From NCBI GenBank assembly GCA_977030845.1, contig OZ365116.1, positions 17,174,001 through 17,238,000 of the forward strand: 64,000 nt of DNA, written 5' to 3'. Each line of letters begins with the position of its first letter. Position 1 is the first letter of the stretch. This DNA is from Fimbriosthenelais zetlandica (taxonomy: Eukaryota). A program made the position numbers and the translations under genes. The notes beneath the pieces are model-generated. The model did not search any database and was not told the origin of the DNA. It saw nothing but the letters and a program-made list of their open reading frames with translations. Below are positions 47,901-60,300 of the stretch, one piece after another.

Positions 47901-50139
47901 TGGTACAAGTCTGCCACTGAGGAAAAACTACAGGTGTCCTAGAGAGCTGAGCAGCTCCCTCCCTGGAGATACTTGCTCATAAATAAATTGATCATGGTTT
48001 GGGATGCTGTTCAGCTCAAGTAAGACAAATTCTTTGGGACATTCCGGTTGGGGGCTTGGTACGCTCAAATATATAGGCTAATATATTGACAGGCATACTT
48101 CTTCAGATTAGGGTGTATCTGAGGAAGAATGTGACATCTTTACATTACCATGTGTAATATTAGTATACATAGGCCAGTGCCAGGGAAATATACACCCCTC
48201 TATAGCCTGTGTACAAGACCTGAGGAAGGGGCAAACAAAAAGCCAGCCTGCTCAATAGGAAGCAAGCAATAACAGACCACATAGCAGAGATCGCATTTCA
48301 CTAAATATTGTATAATGGTGAAAAGGGGAGCAAGCAAGAGGTGGTGAACTCTCGAGTGGTTTCTCTTACATGCAGGTCTGCCAACTGTTCCTTTAAGATT
48401 TCCTCGGGCTCTGATTATCTCTGTCTATTGTACCACAATATAAAAGGTAACATTGGACTGAGTCATGCATAACTACCATTAGTACTAATTTCACACTTGC
48501 TCCATAGAACTCTGCAATGAAGACTAATGGTCCCTCGACGGTCCCTTCTCACGTTAGAAGGGGCTTCACTTCATATATCAAAGTAAATATCTTTGATTTT
48601 TCAATTATTACATTGAATTTTTGGAAATGAAACATAAAACAACGAAATCCAATTTGATTTGATTCCATAAATGATAGCACAAAACAAATCCAGGCTTTTC
48701 AGAAATTCACAAACTAATTGTAACACAGCAAGCAGGCCTGCATTAAACAATGGGTGCGCTTTCATTACATTATCTCCTGTCCACTGTTCACTCACTCACT
48801 CACTTATTCACTTGTAGCCTGCATCTCCTTCTCATTATCTGGCTAGGGAATCTTACTAATGGGAAATCCCTGCCATTCTGATTCACCAGTTCCAACGTGA
48901 GACCCTGAAATTCCCTGCAGACAAAGCATCACAGACAAGCCTCGCTCGGTGTCCAATTGTCTATTTGTCCCAACACTTTGCCTATTTTCCAAGACCAGTT
49001 ATAACCCAGTGAACGGGCTCTGAAACAATAAATCTTGTGGTATATCGGTATCTATAGGCAGTGGAAGTAATGGAGTATGGAAGCCAGCATTGCTTGTACC
49101 ATCAACTTACGCCTTCCTACCATTATTATGCTCTTGTGGTACTAATATCCGTTCCCTCCGCCCAACCCAAACAATACTGCCAGTCAGTCCAATCAGATCA
49201 GAGATCTAGACTTGTGCTGCATTGTTTTCTCAAGTTGCAGAACCTGGTCCAAGATGTAGGCATAAACCATGCTATCTCTATCATAATAATCACTGCAGGC
49301 AGTCTCCTTCTGATGTTTGTATGCTAGAGAAATGTATAGATTCCCCCCGTTTTTGTCCGGTGTATGCCTTCATTTTTTCTGCCCCAGGGGATTTAATGTT
49401 CTTATGCTTTTTGAGATTGATACATTTAAGGTCTACTCACGCATGGAAAATGGCTTCGAGGTATTGTCCGTCTAGTTTTATGAAGGGTATGCAAATGCCT
49501 TAGTATGGCCTCGAATATGATGCATCTGTTACAAACTAGTACCCTACAACCCCGTTTTCCTTGGTCTATACTCATTCACCAATTTCCGTAAGATTGTTGA
49601 CCTGAAAATGGTTTTCTGGGCTTGGTACATTCTATGATTTCTTTGCCAAAGCTTCATGTACTGAAGTGAATAAAGTACGTTGACATGCAGGCTTCATGCT
49701 CTATAGGATTTCGGGTTTCTCGGCCTTCGGCCTCGGCGCGTAAAGTCCCATAGAGCACGAGTCCCCATCTCAACCCTCTTCTATTACCTAATTAAATGTA
49801 ATATGCATCACCTTCCTTGATGCCTAATACATGACGTGCCTACTATACTTCATACCTCACTATAAATCCTGACCCCTGTTTGACGCCATGGTTTGCCGTC
49901 TATGAACACTCTATGTCAGGTGTGGGATACTCTGGTTGGCTGGGTAAATGGGTGGGTATAGAGGAGGATGAGGAGGTGGGAGGCCTTTCATCTACTGGGT
50001 TTACACAGTGCACCACCAGCCATCTCATCGTCTTAAGTGTTCACTGAGGTGCTGAGGTTTTAGGCTAAGTTTGGGTGATACCGGTCGGAGTCATATTGAT
50101 GCCAACAAGTCTTCCTACAAGTCACATCCTGTATCATGC

Positions 50140-50860
50140 CCTTTAAAATATCTCCTTATATTTCTTGGTCATATATTCCTCTATATTAACAGTCCTGCCA
50201 GCCCCTTTCTGAATCCCCCACTGCCTTCCATCTTGCCCCCTTTTTAATAATGGCAGACCTGACCATTCTGCTATGTAACTCACTTGCACCGGGGAGAATT
50301 CCGTAACACACTGGAGGCATGGTAAACCTCCTCGTCTCAAATAGCCATTGTCAGCTCCTGGCCTTATCACTACCCACCCGGCCACTGCTCGGCCAACAAA
50401 CCATCACATACTGGTGCTCACCACCAAAAACAACTTCCACCCAGCTTTTTTTCACATCTTTCTTTTTGTTTTTATACCTCAGTCTGCCCCATATAGGTGT
50501 GCTAAATTTTCCGGGTGAATATGATTTACACAGAGATGGTGGAAGGATCAATTGCCTATTCATTTGCAGCATTGTTAGGCAGGGGTTATTCACTGGTCCA
50601 GCCCATTGAGATGAGGGAGGAGGAGAGCACTGGGTGAGATCAATAGGCTTGTAATGTTGGGATAGTGTGATCCTGGGAGACACAATACCCGCTTATCGTC
50701 TTGCTTGTACCGCCAGCATCTGATGAGTGTTTCAGCCTCCTGAGTCCCCTCCATTGACCAGCTCCATGTTTCATCAAGGTCATTCCACATCCCAACTCCC
50801 CAACCTTGATAAAAACAAAACATGACAAATTTCCCTCTTGTTGGCTGTTCTTATTCAAAA
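50140..50860 (-). mobile_element. Decayed LINE RT core fragment
   Basis: QEGNLSCFVFIK, KRVLCLPGS..PNITS..LLLPHLNGL, KNKKKDVKKSWVEVVFG (cf. NKLSLNVKKTK.MVFG) and LLKR appear in RT order across frameshifts. Confidence 0.5.
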
Positions 50861-51529
50861 ATCAGTGCCAAAGCCTTTCAATGTCGTGTTCTCATAACAT
50901 TGTTATGAGTATTCATATATACTGTGGGCATTATATAGGCCTACGATAGTAGACTTAGATCTATTGGGACCTAATTGAGGGCTTAATATGTTATCACCCT
51001 AGCATCATCCTAGTTTAATTAGGCTAGGATACGATCAATATTCCTCTTGTGAAGTGTTCCTGGTCGAGACAGTGTGTTTAATGTTCCACAAGAAGCCCAC
51101 CTTGTTGAGGGATCTAGAGTAGAAACTGAGGAGGGCTAGGTAACATAATTAAGGAAGGATAGCTTTCATCTTCTATGTTAGTATGTTAATTTTGGAAGAT
51201 GACAGAATGTTCGGTGTGCCTTAAAAATGAATGATGATGGCTGAAATATGTCCCCTGTCTGTCTGTCTGTCGCTGTCCCTGTCCATAATTAACTCTGTCA
51301 GCTATTCCTGATAAAGGAACAGCACAGTGAAGCAAGACATGAGCCATGAATATATGAGACTAGGTCTAGTCTAGAGGCTAGAGCCTCCTGGTACTCTCAC
51401 CTTTAAATGCCACCCAGCTACCCAGCCTGACAAATATCCAGAGGTACTGAGGCAAACTTTTATGTCCACTGCTATTCCCAGGGCACCCAGCCTTAAAATC
51501 CTCAGCTTTTAAAAACCACCACCACCGCT

Positions 51530-52330
51530 AGTCCCGTCCCCCGGGGCAGGAAATATTTATATGTGTTCTTAGTTTTGATGAGTGGTCAAAGTTGGCATCT
51601 GGAACATTGGCTGGACCGAGACTTGTGAAATGTTTCCAACCACTTTCAATGCAGGATGAGAGAGGGCCCTCTGAGACTGTAATTACCAAAAGGCTCCTGG
51701 TTTAATGGGCCAAGTTGGTCAAGTAATGGCGATGTCTTCCTACTGGGAACAAGCTGAAAATCAGTTTGATTTCTTCTCAGTTGGAACTGATTGGAAGGAG
51801 GGATGCTGAGAGGCATAAAGCCAATATAAAAGCCGTCAGAGGTGCCGATTCCATTTACGTGTATTGGTGCCTCCTGATAGGAACCCTTTTTAAAGTTTCG
51901 AAATGTTAGATGTTTCTCTCTGAACTTTCAAAAGAATGACATAGTTATCTGTGGAAATCTGTGCTATTTGAATCTGATTCTGAGGAGCGAGGGCAGCTGG
52001 CGAGGAGGAAAGAATAGTTTGTGTTTGTATTGACTATTTTATGTGCTACATCTGCTAAGCATTTAATCCCAGCCAGCCCTTCTGCCCTTCGTCCATTTGG
52101 CATTGAGTATATAGGCTGGTGGCCATGTGTGTGCCATAGAGTCCTCCACCGACTAGGGAATGAACTCAATATGTCATCTGGCTTCCCTGGTGGCTTCTAT
52201 ATGTGGCTTCCCTAGATAAGAGCCAATGGAAGCCATTGCCTTGCTAGGTATTTGTCACAATTTGTGATGATGGTATTCAGATAGCGTCCGATATTGTCCG
52301 GCTTGCAATGATTGGTTATTGGTCACGCTG
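51530..52330 (-). mobile_element. Decayed LINE RT fragment
   Basis: PDNI..SFPSRWRT..PIY, then SSCIESG-x6-LGP-x8-D, with the same spacing as SS.I.SGVPQGS.LGP.LF..YIND. Confidence 0.5.
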
Positions 52331-53714
52331 GGTTGAAGTAACCACAGGACCAGCTCACTGGAGAAAATACCAAACCGTTTGGTGAATTTCCCTTTCACCC
52401 CAGTATCAATCAGGCAATAGGACAAGCTGGCAGCCTCGAGTGCCGGCTACATCACTCATTCATAATCCTGATGCATAATAGTTAGGGTTGGTGGTGTGAT
52501 GGATGGAGGCACACATGGGTTCTCCTATTTTAAATACCACCACCACGCCCATGTACGAGAACGTGGCTGAATCACTCACCTATATGTTCTCACCTTCACT
52601 GACTGGACTCTAATACATTACACACCTTCTAAAAGATGTAAACTGGTTCCCCTTAACTCACAGCGCCAATAAATGTCAATAAAATCACACAATTGTGTAC
52701 ATATTTCCCTTGGCAATAATAATATGGTAGGCGTATTGGTGCATATAATTCAAAGTTACCATTCCCGACACAATTTTATTACGAAAGTCAGTACATGTGT
52801 GTTGTCTTATATATTCTGTGCCTGTATATCTAAATCAAGGAAGATGACAGATTTCCATCTATAGACAAGTTACTTAAGCCTAATGTAAATGCCTGTGGGT
52901 TTAGCAGTATCTTGGGCATGCCTGGAGGTTTGATTTAGAATGCTTTTAGGACTGAGGTCAGAGTGAGAAGAGGCAGGGGCAGGGATGAACAGGTCTAACC
53001 ATACAATCATTAAAGCACATGGCGGAAGGTCTCCACCATCAAAGTGGGCCTCATACAAAACAGTGTTGACCCAAAGCATCATGCTGCAAACACTGAAATC
53101 ATATATTTTCGCCCGCTAGATATTTTGATGATTTGCTACATATCTGGGCAAATATTATGCTTCGCCATGACAAGATTATTTATTCCCAATGCAATTGAAT
53201 GTACTCCCCAGAAATGTCTATGTATTTCCGCAAAGAGGTAGGCATGTACTCTACAGATGATAGATTAAAAATTACCTTCACACAAATGTATATCTCATAC
53301 TACCAAAAGTTATTGATTCTAGCCTGTGTTAAGTGCATATTCTGCCCTCGCTGAAAGGAAAGGGGATAAAGATGCGACACTAAAGACATACTACTCGTAT
53401 AGAAAGAAGGAAACAACAGTTGTCCTTGTACAGCGATGAAAAGATTGCTTTGATTATTATTTTCTCCTTTGAAAAGCTCTGTCTTAGTACGGGCTTAATG
53501 ATAAAACGTCATGTAATAGCTTTCAATTCTTACATTACTCTTTTTCTTAAAAGATTTCGGGCTTTGTTAAAATGCATCATTTGTCTCGTCCATTTCAGCT
53601 TTAATTGATCGAGGCAATGTGGACTGCCACAATGCAATTCTGAAGCCATTTTAACCTGCTTTATGTTACTAATGATAACTGGTTGTAATCATTTATAAAT
53701 CTGTTTACTTTCAG

Positions 53715-53873
53715 GGAGCTGAGCAGGTGACACATTTTTGCCGCCTGTTACATCAGCCCACGCCGGATAACCCGGCCACGGAGGAGCTGGTCCATGTCAA
53801 ACCGCTGAGCGACTCTCAGAAACTCCGCAAAGTTATCATGGAACTGGTGGACACTGAGAGAGCCTACGTCAAG
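53715..53873 (+). CDS. TIAM1: TIAM/sif exon: start of DH (GAEQVTHFCR...LSDSQKLRKVIMELVDTERAYVK)
   Basis: Acceptor gtttactttcag; donor AAG|gtctgt; phase 0-0; canonical DH helix 1. Absent from the ORF track. Confidence 0.95.
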
Positions 53874-56800
53874 GTCTGTATCATTTATATGGCCGCCATA
53901 TTTTAACACGTTACTCTTCTCATGTCAGTCTACTCTTCTCATTTCAATCTACAAGCAAGGCCCTGTTTGGTATTTGGTTTGACTTCATATCCTTGACCAT
54001 AGCCTATATAGATTCTGTTCTCTTGGACAGACCCTTGTACCTGAAGTAACCACCAATTTAGCAGCCTATGGGCTACTAAAATATGAGTTAAATGTGTTTG
54101 TACACTAAAGGTGAAGTGGTAATGTATTCTCGTCACAGACATTCCTCAATACTTGATGAGAGTTTAAGCCTGCCAGCAGACGGATTAACATCAGTTAGAC
54201 GAGTTGGATGTTACTGATGGCCCATCTGTGTATAATTAATTGCCATTGGAGCCAAATATTGGCTTTCTGGCCTCGCCTGATACGAAAGGAATTGCTACTT
54301 ATTTAGCTGACAAGCCCTTGCAAACATTAATTGAAGAGGCTTTGAGGATTTGTTGTTTACAATGGCTACAGTATTGCATCCATTAAAACACCTGCTTTGT
54401 ATGGAGCTTAATTCAAGATGTGATGTATTATCCTTTCAAATGAATCATCCTTTCCATATACTACTTATATGTGTGTATGGCTATAATATCCCTACATCTA
54501 TCCTACTAGTCTTACCACATATGCCACTGGATTTCAGTGTGAGTAACGATTGAAGTGCATTCATATTTCACCGTACATTTCATATCGATGTGGATCACAC
54601 ACCTGATCATTTTAAGTGGACAAGATCGGGAGGAACATTATTGGTTGTTGACGAGCAGAAGGACTGGCATTAGGATTATAAGAAACAAGGAATAGAGAAA
54701 CAATGGCATGCAGCATAGATGTAATATGAGCAGGCGCCAGAAGAGCTGGAACAAGGTCAGGAAGAGCGGGAGAAGAGGGGGCAACTGATGGAGTGGGTAG
54801 AGGGAGAGATATAGGGGGGAGTGGTATCACTCTGCCAGCTTTTATTCATGCCTTCGTCACCCTATATAGCAGCATTAACCCTAGCTGGGCTCCACTCTGT
54901 GAGCCTGGCTAGCTTTTACTATGACCTCTGTCATTATAAGCTGATGGGGGGCTATCCCCAGTGTGGTACATATTTAGCCCTGCTTCTATTGAGATAATAT
55001 ACTGAGTCTCCTTCCTGTCCATTACTAGGCCTAACTCAATCATTGGCCTCTCCCCTCAAGAATATTCTAGCAGGAAGAATCAACCTTTGGTATACATATA
55101 TTTTCATTACTCAGTGTTTAAATGCTGAACTGGGTTCCCAACTCAATTGCCTACATTTATCATGTTTATGATTATAGTATCTTATATAAAGCAAATGGAA
55201 GTCCCTTTTAGAAGGAATTCTACATTTCGTCGGGGATGTGAACCAATGCTCGAGGGAAAACCTTCTCCTATATATATTTCAGCACCCTAGTTTAATAAAA
55301 GTGGGAATATGACACATTCCTTGACCAAGCGTATTGTGACATGGCCTTACAAGGGCATACAGCAAGAAATATCTTTGCCGGACCATAAAATACAGAATAA
55401 TCTTTGTATATGCGGATTCCCAGCGATAAACATGTCAAGAGAGCCATGTAAGTCATGTGGAAGACGAGGTGGAAGCATTAGATTGTTCCCTCCTTCCCAC
55501 ACTCCACGATGACGTGCGGACAAAATGGACATCCATCTCTATACTCAGTCCACATAAGTGATCACTTGGGATTTTTCTCGCCCGTTCTCACTGTTGAACG
55601 AGATGGTAGCATAAGAGAGGATGATTATGTGCCTGTATGTATGGCCCATATCAGCAGTCCCCTGGTAAAGTAGGCCCGGCCCATCCTGATTAAGGGAACA
55701 AATAGTTGTCGAGGGCTGGGAGAGCTATGAGGAGAGACCAATATAGGAGATGTCTGCTATCTGCTATTTTATGAATTCTAATATTTGTCAGTATCTAAGT
55801 ATATCTCTTTCTTGGAATTTAATCTTCTATTTCGAGCAGTGTCTGGCTGAAGAAGCCACACTGTCTCTTTCTAAATTGGTAACATAAATCCCTGGCAATT
55901 ACTTATACTTTTCCCAAAAAGGATGGGGAGTTCTTTAGGCTATATATAGGGATGTGTAATTAATCTAAATCAAGCATGTTTTACATTCTGTGATGGCTCT
56001 GCTAGACTCTGTCATTAAGCCTTTATCTGTGGGGGGGTTTTCCCATCAGTAATAAGCGTCTGGTAAATCAGGTGTGTGATTTGTGTGATTTCCTGCCACG
56101 CCATGTCGGCTGTAGCTTTATATGGGTGCTGGCCAGTCTGGCAGGCTTGAAGCTCTGTGAATCTAGAGCAAGATGGTATCAAGCATAGACTTGCCACTCC
56201 TCTCAAGACAGATAATGTCTGCCTTTCTTTAAAAAAAATACTGCACTCAAATTATTAGATTATATCATGCAGATCCAAATTCCTCGGACGCGGAATTATC
56301 TATAATTCTTGGGAGGAAATCATTGCCTGTAGGTTTAAATTTCTGGGTGACGCCGTCCAATTTCCACCATTCTAGAGTATCCTTCCTCATCACACACCCA
56401 CACACACACCCACCTCATCCGCTCCTCCCATTAGTACATCTGATTGCCGACTCTGATTGTATCAGGACAGGCCGGAAACCGAGGCTGTCGTATCTTCACA
56501 TGGAATTAGTCCCCAGCCCCAACCACAATTTTCATCCCTTTGCCATGTTCTTCATCCTCGATTTCATTTGGAAACTATTTCATATTCAAACTAGGATTTT
56601 CCATAATTTAGGCAATTTCAGATATTAGCCCATAACTTAGTTAGATTTTCAGTGAGAATCAATTGATCATGTGGAAAATGCAGTAAATTACCCACTAGGA
56701 TGATGTGGATGACGGTTTTGGTAGGAGCACTTGTAGATTGCCTTGTCAGTATTTTGTGGGTGGTTGTCCTCTTGTCTGACAGTAATGATGCTTGTTCCGG

Positions 56801-57143
56801 GGGTTGGGAGCTCTAACTGAACCCTGACATATACGACTAGAGGCCAGTATCAGCTCATTTGCTGAATATCTCCACAAAGGATTCACCTTGCCAGCATGCT
56901 GCTATCATTGACATTATCATGACGTATCCTCTCAATATGTCACCCTCATTATCTCACTCTGATATATGCTCGGCTATACATGTCCTGAGGATAAACTCTG
57001 TAAACTCTATGTGTTCATCATATAATATATTACCACATACTGATGATCTTTCCTAATGGTACCTGCATGAGATGTAACAGTAATGTATTTTTTGATTCAA
57101 GCTAAACTTCTGATGTTTCCGTTTCTCTTTTTGTCGTCCACAG

Positions 57144-57338
57144 GATTTGACATGTCTCATCGAGCGCTATCTGGAACCACTGAAAGAGGAGACGTTCTTG
57201 TCTGGAGAAGACATCGAGCAATTGTTTGGCAACATTCAAGAGATTGTGGCCTTCCAGAAAATGTTCCTACAGAGTCTGGAAGAAGCCATAGAGCTGGAGC
57301 CAAACTTCAGTACTATCACAGATACCAAGCAATTCAGG
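57144..57338 (+). CDS. TIAM1: TIAM/sif exon: DH (DLTCLIERYLEPLKEETFLS...LFGNIQEIVAFQKMFL...KQFR)
   Basis: Acceptor tttttgtcgtccacag; donor AGG|gtaagg; phase 0-0; 65 codons. Confidence 0.96.
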
Positions 57339-60300
57339 GTAAGGCTGCGGCACATCTTGATATCCTTTCCTTTTCACACTCTCCTTGCAATACACATCAT
57401 TTTTACATCTCAATTTTTACGTATCATCTTTCTAAAGATTAATTTAGCGTAAAAGCCTACAAATAGAATGCTTTGAAGAGTAGTATCTGACAAATGTGAA
57501 TTACACAAATTTGCTGTCATTTTCTGCAATGGGACAACCATTTGAAATATATTGAATCAGATTGAAAATTTACCCCGACAAGAACAAATTGATTCCTCAA
57601 AATATTTGAGCACTGATTGGGGAATTTGAGCAGTGACTCTAATATACTTTTGGCATCGGGCAATAAAAATTGATTTGCCCCTCAAGGCATTCACACACTT
57701 CCATTATAGTATAGAAAGCTTCCTGTTATACATTGAGAACACTTTCAAACACTCTCACTCTAGATATCAACTACGTTTTGCACATGAGAACATTTCATAC
57801 ATTCAAGAACCCGTGACCACTTTACCATTTATACCTGGCTTCATACTTCTTGGCTTAGGAAATCTGCCATGTTTGAACCTACGTAGCCTCCCTGATCGCA
57901 GCTATTAGTACCTCTTTCAGATAATTTCAACTTTGCTTACTTTGGCCCTGATATATTTGCCTCCCCGTGCCTGATGTAATTCATGTTTTGTTGTGGCCTT
58001 TCCTTACAGGACGAAGACTTGCGGGTATGTAGATTGCCAACCTAGTCAGTGAAGTCATTTCTGATTTCTTATTATGACATAATGTCATGATTCTCATTTT
58101 CTTTCTCTCCTTTCCCCTTCCCTCCAGTCCAAAAATTATCCCCGACCCCCAATATTCAGCACATTCAAAAACACCCACACAACATCCACTGGACAAACAA
58201 GGCGTATTTTTATCCTAAAGGCCTCCTTTCAAAACATTGGTTCCTAATTTCTGTTTTTTTTTCATTTTGCTTGCTTTTAATTTGCCATCGCTTTCTCCAA
58301 ATTTTCTCCAAAAGGAAGTCAATGAAAGAGGCCTTTAAAAGAAAATATCTCTTGCGTCCAAAATGCATGTTCATCATGATTGTGGATGGGTACACCTAGC
58401 TAAGATGAAAATCACCTGTGTCAACTATATTTCACGTCACACATTATGTCTGTTATCACACATCTCCCTGTCCCCAAACACTATTCTGTAAAATATATTG
58501 AAGTTAAGTCTTAGTTGTTAATTGTCTTCTATGGCCAAAATGTCTCAATGATGGCTAAGAAATTACATCACGAGAGGTGATCAACAATGGGTTTAAGGCG
58601 ATTAGATTTAAGGATTTAAGACATTGGCTTCATTTCTCTGTTTATGGTGGTCTAGGGCTAAACTTGATAACATCATGTCTTCTATACTCTCGAAGGAAAG
58701 ATGGATATATCTGTAAATAATAGTCCCTTTTTGTCTGCCCCAAAGACTAATGCCCAGAGTGCAAAACTCTTGTACAGACTGTCTTCCATATTTCAACTGC
58801 TTTGCAACCAGCAAAAGGCAGTTACTAACTGATCGTCTTGACTATATAGTAGGCACAGCAGTGCTTCTAGGCGGGAATATCTCTGCACTCTTTCTCTACT
58901 ATTATCTGGAATTGTCGCAGTATGTTATGAATGAGGACATCCTATCACTGTTCATAACAGCTTGCCTGTGCCTCAATATTAACAGCCAATTGTATGTTCT
59001 GCTGAAGTGTAACACATTGCTTGGCCATCATATATCCTTCACTAAACATGTCTCCAATAATCCCCTCATTATTAGACATGTTAAAGAAGATATATATGTT
59101 AACAAAGACATTCTATATTGTTGATGTGGGTGGTGTCTCTCTATACTTAATTGGTCTCTCTTGAAATTTGGAATATTTATGTTTTCATATATTTCATTCA
59201 GCTTTGCCTCATAATGTAACGTTGTGATATATTAATGGATATTGTTTTTGAAATGTGTCTGGCATTTCCTTGAAACAATATATATCATGTTGAGGTGCAC
59301 TTAACTGGTTATTTACACTGTCCTTTGGGTATATATTGAGCCTTCCTTGAGGAAAATGTGATTGAAATGCCTCGTCACGCCATTCCAAGTAGACAAATTA
59401 GGGAAGCCACTTTGGAAGCCAGATTTTGAAAGTGCTCTAATATAATGTACTTGGGGTTGGCTTCCAGTCCTTCCTTCCCAATCCCGTGCCTCTTGTATCT
59501 TGTGGCTGACCAGCAAGTCCCTATTTCCAAGGTCTATTTCTTACCACCGCTTTGCTTCCCTTATCTCCCAAAGATAGACGCACAGATATGAACCTTCACT
59601 CTCTAGATGTCTGCTTTTCAGTTCAACTCGTCCATACCATTGCCTCCCATGCAACATTATAGACGGCCCTATTTCACATTTTACTATTCTATTAAGGCAC
59701 AAGCAACGCCACTAAACATAACAGCATTGGTTAGTGAATATTGACAAAGATAATGTGCTTTCGATTGCTCATGTGCCATCAATTCCTTTGATATTTATCA
59801 GATCATGCAATATGTATGCAATAAATATTGATTTTGTAATCGGTCATTGATAAAGTCTGAGAAATAAGGTTTCTTATCAGAGACACATCTAAAATGAGTG
59901 CCTGTAGGAGGTACAATATGGACCATCTTATGTCCGCTGTATCTAAGCCCTCTTTATGCCCTCAATAAAGTCCTGCTTCATTTACTATGTATTGAGTCAG
60001 GCCACTCTGCTATATATGCAAAGTATAATTGAGCCTTGGTCAGTAGAACATCTTTAGCAGTAAATCCGCACTATATGGAACCAATATTAATGGATTAATT
60101 CCTGGAATTCAGTAGCTAGACCAGAAAGTGATCTAGGACTTGATGCTGTCCATATCCCATATCAAAAGATGGAGAGGGAAAAGAGTAGCAACCCTAGCTT
60201 TTATCAGGTGTCTGGGGAGTGGGTTCTGTTGGAGTGATATCTGAATGTGAAATTCAGCCTGGTGGACCTTATGCCAATGCTTCTTTATCGTCTCATAATA

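Noticed and set aside
52380-52430. Minus-strand CLIDTG, aspartic-protease-like (LTR element)
   Set aside because: Isolated motif with no gag/RT/integrase of LTR type; the adjacent sequence fits a non-LTR RT better.
13824-53714. Recursive-splicing (AG|GT) ratchet points in the long intron
   Set aside because: I found no site combining a strong pyrimidine tract with AG|GTAAGT/GTGAGT; the scan was manual and may have missed some.
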